64,000 nt of DNA from an uncultured Halobacteriales archaeon (GTDB lineage Archaea; Halobacteriota; Halobacteria; Halobacteriales; Halobacteriaceae): assembly GCA_964651725.1 (NCBI GenBank), contig CAZYYH010000001.1, positions 2,868 through 66,867 on the forward strand, written 5' to 3'. Positions 37,028 to 45,116 of this stretch are shown in pieces. Under the pieces are notes generated by a model that saw only the letters and a program-made list of their open reading frames with translations, did not search any database and was not told the DNA's origin. The position numbers and the translations under genes were made by a program. Position 1 is the first letter of the stretch. The number at the start of each line of letters is the position of its first letter.

Positions 37028-37150
37028 CAACAAGGCAAAGCACCCCGGCGCGTACTACGGCGACGCGGCGGACCAAGCGACGCTCGATGAGTACGCGTAG
37101 CTTCTGGGCACCAGCTCCCTTGAAAACCCCATCATCTGAGAAGAAGGACA

Positions 37151-37177
37151 TGCTGCATACAGAGGGTGAGTTCAGCA
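37151..37177 (+). repeat. 27-bp imperfect palindrome, copy C
   Basis: TGCTGCAT-ACAGAGGGTGAG-TTCAGCA. The low-GC sequence starts immediately to its right. Confidence 0.75.
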
Positions 37178-37320
37178 TGCGATTCTTGTCCGCACACATT
37201 GGATAGGCAAGACGTATATCTTGATCTCTGTCACAGTTGTTCCCCATGTCCACTGGTTACGGAGCACTCAGCCCATCCTCTCCAATTTCACCGAGCAATT
37301 TCTGTTAGTATGTCCTAAAG

Positions 37321-38643
37321 TCAAATAGTCTGGAGTTTCACTCCCGTCGTTACGGCCCACTCTCCATCACCATGACTAGGGATACGAGAGCGACCATCCT
37401 CTCCAACATATATTAGAGTAACCGTTGGTTCTCCCTCAGCCGGTCGCCCGAATCGCTCTACTTCGATTCGAACATTGATGTCTGTCCGTGAAGGGGCAAC
37501 ATCATCAATTTCCACCAATTCAAATGACTGCAGGTCAAGGTGCTCAAAGTCCCGGCGAATATCACCCGGATGTTCGGTGTCACCACTAGTCGTCCGTAGC
37601 AAATTCGCCATCCGCCCGTAGTTCTCACCATCCCAGAAGGTTAGAAGTTCAATAAGGGCACGTTCAGCCGTATCTTCTTCATATTCTTCAGGGTCACCTA
37701 TAGTCGGGACATCTTCGCCGACAGTAATATCCCGTGGCATCCATTCGTCAATTGCTTCCTCCATTTCCTGAGTTTCTTGGAATGATTCTAAGGCATCTAT
37801 AAGTTGTTCCCAAAAACCGCGTTCGTCTTCATCTTCCGATTCCTCCAGTTCTCCCTGCTCGGCTTTCCGCACCCACTCTGCAGCTGCGAAAAGCGCACCC
37901 CACGTCTTGGCCGCGACCAGCAGATTGTCGTACCCGAGATCCATTCCATGCATAATTCCATTTCGGTAGGGTTTATCGAGTTCTTCTGTCTGGGTCTGCT
38001 GCCGGCCTTGAAGCATCAAGTCCTGCAAATATTCTAAGCCAGTACTGTGACCGGCTATTGAATCCCACGCCTGCAAATTCGCGTCAGACGCGGAAAACCC
38101 ACGGCTTTCGCCATATGCATTGACATATGCCTCGTGTACCATCCCATCTAACAAAGCTAATACGACCGGAACAGACGCATGATACCGTTCAGCGGCATAA
38201 TCCTCTAGGGCATCTAAAGCCAGGTCTCTACGCGGTTGAAACGCATCTACGTCGGATAACAAGCTGATCTTCTGCTCGATGACATCCGAATCATAATACT
38301 CGATCAAGTGATTTTCCGCTTTCCCCAAATCACCATTCTCAGCATGTTCAACAACGGTTTCAGCCACCCCTAAATTCATTCCCTCATAGATGATCCACCC
38401 TTCTGGGCCGAGATGGTCGTTGAACCTATCAGGGATTTCAGCGATTTCTTCGGCTCGCTGTGCGAGGTCCTTAACGTCAGCATTATCAAGGGCATCATTG
38501 ATCCGGTCGATATCGACATTCAGGTTTTTGAGTACGGTTTCAAGATACGGGTAGGTACTTTTAAGCCGTTCCAGCTCATGTGCTCTATTCAATAATTCTT
38601 GGATTTTCGGGATGTCCTTGATTTTCTCGTTTCTCATTTTCAT
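37321..38643 (-). CDS. HEPN-motif protein (putative Abi-type RNase)
   Basis: 440 aa. KPYRNGIMHGMDLGY contains the RNxxxH (Rx4-6H) HEPN signature mid-protein. The N-terminal region is helical and the C-terminal ~150 aa form an acidic beta-rich domain. Confidence 0.75.
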   Translation of the reverse strand: MKMRNEKIKDIPKIQELLNRAHELERLKSTYPYLETVLKNLNVDIDRINDALDNADVKDLAQRAEEIAEIPDRFNDHLGPEGWIIYEGMNLGVAETVVEHAENGDLGKAENHLIEYYDSDVIEQKISLLSDVDAFQPRRDLALDALEDYAAERYHASVPVVLALLDGMVHEAYVNAYGESRGFSASDANLQAWDSIAGHSTGLEYLQDLMLQGRQQTQTEELDKPYRNGIMHGMDLGYDNLLVAAKTWGALFAAAEWVRKAEQGELEESEDEDERGFWEQLIDALESFQETQEMEEAIDEWMPRDITVGEDVPTIGDPEEYEEDTAERALIELLTFWDGENYGRMANLLRTTSGDTEHPGDIRRDFEHLDLQSFELVEIDDVAPSRTDINVRIEVERFGRPAEGEPTVTLIYVGEDGRSRIPSHGDGEWAVTTGVKLQTI

Positions 38644-38723
38644 GGTCCGGTTTTATTAGGCATATAGATAAGGGCATTCTCCGTAAAAATTCTGCTGGTC
38701 CTGCATCCATGACATAAATGGCG

Positions 38724-38750
38724 TGCTGTATACAGAGGGTAGATTCAGCG
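38724..38750 (+). repeat. 27-bp imperfect palindrome, copy D
   Basis: TGCTGTAT-ACAGAGGGTAGA-TTCAGCG, between the two divergent HEPN genes. Confidence 0.75.
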
Positions 38751-38850
38751 ATTAGTTCTGAAACATGTGGATAGCCTTTCCTGCACTCGGCAGGGCTGTA
38801 TAGCCTTCCGTCCGGATTAGGTTTATTTATCTGGATTTCAAGAAGCCACT

Positions 38851-40164
38851 ATGGATGACGATACTGCATATTGTATCGAGATACTTGTGGATGCAGTAGA
38901 GCAGAATGATGACGGTGGCTGGAAGTACTCTGGATCAGAGGCGACAAGAAAGCTCAAACGCCTCTCACCGATTGTCGTTGAGAACCTCAGTCTTGACCCT
39001 GACTCGCTACGGATTTCGTATGAAGTGCTGGAAAGTGAACTGAATAATCTCTTGTTGGAAGTAAAGGGGGCGGATGACCCTGCACAGCAGGTAGAAGAGA
39101 AGCTACCAGAGTTTAAGGAGCGATTGTATGGATGGGATTTGAGCGAATACGTGGTAGCATTCCCACTCAATTTCGACCGCCGCTCATCTGAGTTGTTACC
39201 GGAATCGCCACAGGTCGGTGATATTGTTTTCGAACGCCTCCCGCGTAGCGAATGGGAAGAACGGTTTGTTCCCGACTACGATGAAGACCACGACAACTAC
39301 CGCCGGCAGAGAAAGCTGATGGACTTCGTGGATAAAAGTCCGAACGAACTGGATAATCTGTGGTTCACCTACTGGTTTGCGTCGTACAGGGCAAGAGGTG
39401 AGAAGTACGCTGTTGACCATGTGGTTGAGCAGTTAGAAATCCTGCTGGGGATGATGAACTACTCTGCAACGTTCAATAGAATACAGACATACTCGCAGGA
39501 TCCGGGGCCGTGGCCTGACCGATGGGGAGAGCTTCGAGAACCATTCATCTATCTGTTGCACAAACAGGACGAGTTCGTGAGGCATTATTGGAGTGTAGAC
39601 GCCACCCTTCGGGAGCCAGACAGTCCGCATAGTATGTACGAAGATATGTTTGAATCACTATTCGAGGAGATGCCTACCATTGAGGAGGAACAACCACTGG
39701 ATGGCCGACTATTGAATTCCCTACGAGCATTTCAAGCAGCAATGACAGAGCCCTCGGAGCGTGAGTCTTTCTTCGAGTTCTGGAGAGGAATCGAGATCCT
39801 CACACTCGTTGAGGAAGGCGAAAGGATGTCTGAAGTAGTTGATAGGGCAGCGGCAATGTTAGGATGGAAAGACTCGGAACTTGGCCGGATTAGACGAAAC
39901 CGGGCACAGAACAAGCGGAATTCGTACGTCCATGAAGGTGCAGGTTTACGGTTGACCATCGCTGATCGGAATCTCGTCAAGAGTCTCCATGAATCCCTCA
40001 TAGACCTATACATAGACAAACGAGGAGATTGGGGCTATGAAGAGATGAAATTCGCGCTGGAACAGTTCACAGTGGATGAAGCACAGATCGAGAATCTACG
40101 TGAAGACCGAAACCGTGAGTTACAATTGATTGATTGGTTCGAAGAGATGTCCGAGGAGAATTAG
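38851..40164 (+). CDS. HEPN-motif protein (Apea-like architecture, motif near C-terminus)
   Basis: 437 aa. RAQNKRNSYVHEGAG (R356-H361, nt 39916-39933) is an RNxxxH motif. Confidence 0.75.
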   Translation: MDDDTAYCIEILVDAVEQNDDGGWKYSGSEATRKLKRLSPIVVENLSLDPDSLRISYEVLESELNNLLLEVKGADDPAQQVEEKLPEFKERLYGWDLSEYVVAFPLNFDRRSSELLPESPQVGDIVFERLPRSEWEERFVPDYDEDHDNYRRQRKLMDFVDKSPNELDNLWFTYWFASYRARGEKYAVDHVVEQLEILLGMMNYSATFNRIQTYSQDPGPWPDRWGELREPFIYLLHKQDEFVRHYWSVDATLREPDSPHSMYEDMFESLFEEMPTIEEEQPLDGRLLNSLRAFQAAMTEPSERESFFEFWRGIEILTLVEEGERMSEVVDRAAAMLGWKDSELGRIRRNRAQNKRNSYVHEGAGLRLTIADRNLVKSLHESLIDLYIDKRGDWGYEEMKFALEQFTVDEAQIENLREDRNRELQLIDWFEEMSEEN

Positions 40165-40207
40165 CGGCCTCAGCACAATCTGTGGCCTTCAGCTATCCGA
40201 ATACGTG

Positions 40208-40234
40208 TGACCGATACGCGCCCTGTATTCAGCA
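40208..40234 (-). repeat. 27-bp imperfect palindrome, copy F
   Basis: The reverse complement reads TGCTGAAT-ACAGGGCGCGT-ATCGGTCA. The 22-mer at 40214-40235 (rc) matches 22872-22893 at 21/22 positions. Confidence 0.75.
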
Positions 40235-40737
40235 CAGCAGCGTAAACCCATCATCGGTTATAGTTTTCAATAGAGCTGTTCTACCCTAAGCGCCGGTGGG
40301 GTTCTCGTCCCACGGGCGTACCGACCGACGTACTACCTGTTCACGTCCTGCACAAGCGTTCAGCTGCCCGTGTCGGCTGACTCGCCAGCCGCCGCCGCGC
40401 GGCGAGCGCTATGCGAGCCGCGCACTTGGCCGACCCCCTTAGGGGCTACTACCCTAAGGGCGCCCGAGGAAAGGCCGCGGCGGGCCGAACCCGTTACGCG
40501 GCGGAGAGAGCGCGAGAGCCCGGCGAGAACAGCGGAAGCCTGGTGTGTGGCGCGCGGCGCGAGCGCGAGAAACTGGCGAGGGTGGCGCGCGAGGCCGGGG
40601 TGAAAGCAGTGAAAACGTACTGGTGCGGCTACAGGACAGTGGCTTTAGGGTTTACGACGGGTGGGGTGCGGGGAAAAAAGGCGCGTGGGACAGCGCTGTC
40701 GCTGGCGACCGCGGCGAGCACGCCGAAATCTCGGCGG

Positions 40738-42615
40738 TCAGCCGAGCCAGTCGTACTCGTCGAGGCGGATCGCGACGTCGATTTCCTCGATGTAGTCGCG
40801 GCGGAGCGCGTGGCGGAGCTCGTCAGCGGTGAGCACGTCGAGCGCGTCGAACGTCCGCCACTCGCCCGCCGGGAGGAACGCGTCGCCGGGCGGGCCGGTG
40901 GCGGCGCTGCTGGCGTCGCTGGCGGCGTCGGGATCGTCGCGCGGCTCGTCAGTCGCGTCTCGGCCCGCGTCGCTGTCAGCGGCGCCAGCAGCGCCGCCAG
41001 TGCCGCCCGTGTCGTCGGGCGTCTCCTCGGTCGTGTCGCGCTCGGCGCGGTCGCGGCGCTGCTGCTCGCGGCGCTCGCGCCGTTCCTCGCCGCGGTCCTT
41101 GATTGACGTGATCGTCTCGTCGGGGTGGACGTCGCGGAGCAGATCGAGCGCGTTCACGCGGAGCTCCTCGTTGTGGTAGACGATGATCCGCGGCCACGTC
41201 AGCCGCGAGAGGACGTCGGCGTCCTCAAGCTCGCGCACGAGATCGCGGACGTAGTCGTACGAGAGCCCGGTGACCTCCTGGAGCTGCTCGTACGTGGCAC
41301 CCTCGTACTTCGCGACCGTGTAGAGCACGTCCCACCGAGCGCGCGAGAGCGAGCTCATGGTCGTGCGGTAAATCGCGCGCTCGCGGTCCTCGTTCGCCTC
41401 GCGGAGCCGGCGCTGCCACCCCGTCGGGATTGGCACGTCGACGTTCTCGCGTTCCCACGCGCCGTAGTAGTCGTCTTGGACGAGGTCGGCCATGGTGATG
41501 CCGGAGCGCACCGCGACGCCGGTGACGAGCTGGCGGAGCACGCCGCGGAGCGCATACCACTCGCGGACGTGGGGGAGCTCCTGATCGTTGTGCGTGCCGG
41601 CGAGGAACGCCTCGATCTTCGGGTGCTTATACGTCTCGTCGCGGTAGGCGTGCCAGTTGCTCGATCGGTACACTTTCACCGCGAGGTCGAGGCCGTCGGG
41701 CTGGACAAAGCCGAGACAATCCCACCGGTCGGCGCGGACGAGCTCGCGGACGCGGCCGGCCTCGGCGCGCTTGCTGTGCTGTTCCATGTCGGCGCCGCCG
41801 CCGTAGTTGATTAGGCGCTTGGCCTCGTCGAGCGTCTCGCACGCGGAGGCCATGAGCTCGCGGTCGAACCGGTGGTGGACCTCGGCTTTCCAGATCTTGA
41901 GCGACTCGGGGTTGATTGTGCTCCAGTCGGGCCGGCCGGCGTCGAGCGCGAGCAGGGCGGCGGTGACGACGTGGAGCGTGCGGTTGACGGCCTCCAGGGG
42001 CTCGGCGTACGTGCTCTGTGCGTGGAACTTGGTGCCGGCGCCGAACAGGAGCGGGAGCGCCTCACCGTCGGGGTAGACGAGGCCGCGTTCCTGCGGGCGG
42101 ACCCAGCACTGGTAGTTCACGGGGAGCGGCTGGTCGGGTTTGAGCTCGCCCGAGTCGGGATCGTAGCGGGTGAGCTGGAGCGAGTACTCGTAGCGGCGGC
42201 CCGCGGTGAGCTGCTCGCCGTCCGAGGCCGTGCCGGCCATCCAGCCTTTGCTCTTGAACGTGAGGTGCGCGGGGTAGTCGTCGTTCGCGAAGTCGAACAG
42301 CTCGTGCGCGTCCTCGACGACGACGTAGGGCTCGTACTCGCGATCGGCGACGTGCTCTCGCCACGCGGCGTAGAGCCGGCGGTAGATCGTGTCGGGCGCG
42401 TCGTCGACGTGCGCGTCGCTGGCGACCTCGTTCGTCACCACATTGACGCCCTGGCCGTGGGTGATCGGGTCGGGGTAGTCGAGCTCCTCGATCCCGTGCT
42501 CGCCGGCGTCGTCGCGGTCGGGGTCGTCGCCGGGGAGCGGGCCGTACTCCTGGAGCGCGGGGATCGTGCTCGTCGGGCCGTTCCAGCTCTGGAGCGTCGG
42601 CTCGGTCGCGCTCAT
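40738..42615 (-). CDS. Rep-like protein with C-terminal winged helix
   Basis: The ATG at 42615 overlaps the upstream stop (tcat). 625 aa. The wHTH-like stretch is YEQLQEVTGLSYDYVRDLVRELEDADVLSR, followed by a basic/acidic tail. Its role as replication initiator is inferred from position and architecture only. Confidence 0.7.
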   Translation of the reverse strand: MSATEPTLQSWNGPTSTIPALQEYGPLPGDDPDRDDAGEHGIEELDYPDPITHGQGVNVVTNEVASDAHVDDAPDTIYRRLYAAWREHVADREYEPYVVVEDAHELFDFANDDYPAHLTFKSKGWMAGTASDGEQLTAGRRYEYSLQLTRYDPDSGELKPDQPLPVNYQCWVRPQERGLVYPDGEALPLLFGAGTKFHAQSTYAEPLEAVNRTLHVVTAALLALDAGRPDWSTINPESLKIWKAEVHHRFDRELMASACETLDEAKRLINYGGGADMEQHSKRAEAGRVRELVRADRWDCLGFVQPDGLDLAVKVYRSSNWHAYRDETYKHPKIEAFLAGTHNDQELPHVREWYALRGVLRQLVTGVAVRSGITMADLVQDDYYGAWERENVDVPIPTGWQRRLREANEDRERAIYRTTMSSLSRARWDVLYTVAKYEGATYEQLQEVTGLSYDYVRDLVRELEDADVLSRLTWPRIIVYHNEELRVNALDLLRDVHPDETITSIKDRGEERRERREQQRRDRAERDTTEETPDDTGGTGGAAGAADSDAGRDATDEPRDDPDAASDASSAATGPPGDAFLPAGEWRTFDALDVLTADELRHALRRDYIEEIDVAIRLDEYDWLG

Positions 42616-43355
42616 GCGGATCTCACCTCCGCGAACGCGGCGAGGGAGGCGTCGAGACGGTCGGGCGCCTCGATCGAGAGGTCGAGCGGGGCGTGCGCGA
42701 GGAGCCAGCGAACGTAGACCGGTGGCATGGCGCTCCGCACCCCTTGTTTCCCCCACGCGGCGGGAACGTCCTTCGCGTCGGCGAGCGCGGCGACGGACTG
42801 ATCGCCGCGCGTGTCGACAGCGAGGCCGGGCTCGCCGTCGACGGCGGCGCTCGGACAGTCGAACGAGGTCTCGAAGTGGCGGGTGAGCCGGTAGTCCTCG
42901 CCGAACGCGAGGCCGTTCAGCGTGACGTTCGCGTCGAGCTCGCCAGCGCGGGACGCACCCGGAACGTTCTCGATCACGTAGTGCGCGCCGGAGGATCGGC
43001 ACGTCTCGCGGAGCGCCTCGGTGATTCGCGGGTTCGCGGCGAGCGCGGCCTCGCGGCTCCCGTACGCAGTCGGGGACAGCGAGGAGTACGCGGTGCATGG
43101 CGGGCTCGCCCAAACGAGATCAGCGGCGAACGCACGGACCGGCGTGCGGTACGAGAGCGCGTCAGCCTGGATGAACTGGCCGGGGTACTCGTCGCTGTAG
43201 TCCTCGCAATCGACGCCGACGACCTCGATTGGGAGGTCGGCGAGCGCGCGAGCGACGCCGCCGCGACCGCAACAGAGGTCGAGGACGCGCAGCTGACGCG
43301 GCGGGTTCCACGCGGGCCGGGGCGTCGTCGGGCGCTGCTGTGGCGGCGTGTTCAT
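42612..43355 (-). CDS. DNA (cytosine-5) methyltransferase
   Basis: The internal ATG at 43355 gives 247 aa. VLDLCCGRGG is motif I, ASPPCTAYS is the PC motif IV, and VIENVPG is the ENV motif VI. Confidence 0.85.
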   Translation of the reverse strand: MNTPPQQRPTTPRPAWNPPRQLRVLDLCCGRGGVARALADLPIEVVGVDCEDYSDEYPGQFIQADALSYRTPVRAFAADLVWASPPCTAYSSLSPTAYGSREAALAANPRITEALRETCRSSGAHYVIENVPGASRAGELDANVTLNGLAFGEDYRLTRHFETSFDCPSAAVDGEPGLAVDTRGDQSVAALADAKDVPAAWGKQGVRSAMPPVYVRWLLAHAPLDLSIEAPDRLDASLAAFAEVRSA

Positions 43356-44149
43356 GCCGAGCCCTCCGATTCGGTGAAGCCGGTGAGGAACGCTTGTGTG
43401 GAGACGTCGCCGAACCGGGGTTCGGGGTACTCCGGCGTCTCGGGTGCCGTCTCGACGGCGCGCTTCACGGCCGCAGAGAGCCCGGCGGGAATCCGGGCGC
43501 GCTCGGCCGACGAGTCTTTCCCTTGCGTGCCGCTGTCGGAGCCGCGTTCGGCGGGCTCGTGGTGACAGTCCTCGTTCCCGTTGTGGCACTGTCTGATCTC
43601 GAACGTGTTGGGGAGGTGGCCCCAGAGGTCGGTCGGCTTCGCGGCGTCGTCGCCGTACTGGCAGAACCATATCTCGGCCTGTGGTTCGCCGATATGCCGG
43701 CGGAGCATCCCGCGCGGGTTCTCCAGGAACCAGTAATCGGGGTCGAGGTCGCGGATCAGCTCGACCGTGTGCTCGACGAGGTCGCGGGCGGCCTCGGCGT
43801 CCTCGGAGCGGGGCTGGTAGACGCCTTTCCAGTGGGTCGAGCAGCTCGCGATCGAGAACTTTGTGCATGGCGGGCTCGCGAGGACGACGAGGACGTCGGG
43901 CTCGGCGTCGAACAGCGCGCGGATCTCGGCGGCGGTGACGTCGAGGATGTTCGCGACGAGGTCGTGCGGGCAGTGGTCGGCGACGGTGAGCGTCGCGAGT
44001 CCCCACGGATCGAGGGCGAGCTCGCGGGCGAACGTCTCGGTGACGTCGACGGTGTAGACCGTCCAGGCTGAATCCTGGTGGAACGCTTGGCTCCAGCCGC
44101 GGAGGCCGGCGAACAGGTCGACGACGACCTTCTCGGTGTTCTCGCTCAC
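43352..44149 (-). CDS. DNA (cytosine-5) methyltransferase
   Basis: 265 aa. VVDLFAGLRGW is motif I, ASPPCTKFS is motif IV, and FLENPRG is motif VI. It overlaps the next gene by 4 nt. Confidence 0.85.
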   Translation of the reverse strand: MSENTEKVVVDLFAGLRGWSQAFHQDSAWTVYTVDVTETFARELALDPWGLATLTVADHCPHDLVANILDVTAAEIRALFDAEPDVLVVLASPPCTKFSIASCSTHWKGVYQPRSEDAEAARDLVEHTVELIRDLDPDYWFLENPRGMLRRHIGEPQAEIWFCQYGDDAAKPTDLWGHLPNTFEIRQCHNGNEDCHHEPAERGSDSGTQGKDSSAERARIPAGLSAAVKRAVETAPETPEYPEPRFGDVSTQAFLTGFTESEGSA

Positions 44150-44742
44150 TGGCCGTCACCTCCGAGGAGCTCGTCACGGGCGCGGATCACGCGCTGTTGG
44201 GCCTCGTCGCTCCCGCCGTGATCGGGGTGGGTTTCCTTGACACGCTCGCGGAAGGCGTCGAGGATCTCGTTGCGGCTGGCGTCGGGCTCGACGCCGAGCA
44301 CGGCGTGCGCGGGCGGCTCGCCGACGACGGCGTCGCCGTCACCGCTCGGCAGGCGGAGCTTCGCGTACTCGCTCTCGCCCGTCACCGTGCCGCGTTGCTC
44401 CTGCATCCGCGTCTCGTGGAGGTAGTGGTAGAGATCCTGCGCGTTGTCGCGCGGGTTGTCCCACCGGTCGCACGCGGCGGCCATGTCCTCGCTGTCCTTC
44501 TGAAACCGGACGACGACGCCCGGATCGTCGAACGAGGCGCGCGCATACGGCTTGTTCGGGTTGCGTTTCTGGTGCTCGGCGCCCGTGTCCAGCTGGACGT
44601 CGGTGACGCCGCCCCACCGGCGGAGCTCGTCGAGGACGTTCTGGAACGCGGCGGCGCGCGAGACGCGGAAGCCGTTGGGACACGGCTGGCGGTCCTCCGG
44701 GAGCGTCCGGTCGAACGCGGCGGGCCAATCGAGGTTGCTCAT
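44146..44742 (-). CDS. J-domain protein
   Basis: 198 aa. The C-terminal AHAVLGVEPDASRNEILDAFRERVKETHPDHGGS carries the HPD tripeptide of DnaJ J-domains. The N-terminal ~130 aa are of unknown function. Confidence 0.8.
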   Translation of the reverse strand: MSNLDWPAAFDRTLPEDRQPCPNGFRVSRAAAFQNVLDELRRWGGVTDVQLDTGAEHQKRNPNKPYARASFDDPGVVVRFQKDSEDMAAACDRWDNPRDNAQDLYHYLHETRMQEQRGTVTGESEYAKLRLPSGDGDAVVGEPPAHAVLGVEPDASRNEILDAFRERVKETHPDHGGSDEAQQRVIRARDELLGGDGQ

Positions 44743-45116
44743 GCGTCGAACACCTCGCGGATCGCGGCGGCGTGATCGTCGTCAAGGCCGGCCCGGAGGC
44801 GGGCGACGATTTGCTCACCCTTCGGGGTAAGCTCGATCGGGCGCGGATCGCGGTCGTCGTAGTAGAGGCCGTCCGTGTCGATTGCGCCGAGCGCGTCGAG
44901 GAATCGGAGCTCCTCGCGGAACGTGGTGTAGTCGCCGACGAGCTCGCCGGCGTCGAAGGGGAACACCGAGCAGTCGAGCGCCCGGAGCTGCTCGGCGAGC
45001 TCGGCGTGCGCCGGCGGCTCGGCGTTCGCGCCGAGTGCGAGGAAATACGCGTCGGTCGTGCGGTCAATCGCGAGCGGTGCGTCAGCGTCGTCGTGGTCGG
45101 GAGAGTTCTGACTCAT
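44739..45116 (-). CDS. hypothetical acidic protein
   Basis: 125 aa with 4-nt overlaps at both ends. Confidence 0.65.
   Translation of the reverse strand: MSQNSPDHDDADAPLAIDRTTDAYFLALGANAEPPAHAELAEQLRALDCSVFPFDAGELVGDYTTFREELRFLDALGAIDTDGLYYDDRDPRPIELTPKGEQIVARLRAGLDDDHAAAIREVFDA

Noticed and set aside
37017-37100. A 27-aa mini-ORF (MIQHNKAKHPGAYYGDAADQATLDEYA) between palindrome copies E and C.
   Set aside because: It is too short to support. Its ATG lies inside palindrome copy E, and there is no coupling or recognisable motif. It is more likely a remnant of a lost cassette.
40411-41106. A 231-aa plus-strand ORF in the region downstream of, and overlapping, the Rep-like gene.
   Set aside because: Its composition is Ala/Arg/Gly-rich. 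It overlaps the well-supported minus-strand gene 40738..42615 and otherwise covers repeat-rich non-coding DNA.
42612-44177. A single 521-aa ORF spanning both C5 methyltransferase genes.
   Set aside because: Only its C-terminal 247 aa (from the ATG at 43355) carry methyltransferase motifs. The N-terminal part overlaps the second methyltransferase (43352..44149) in another frame and is Arg/Pro-rich.
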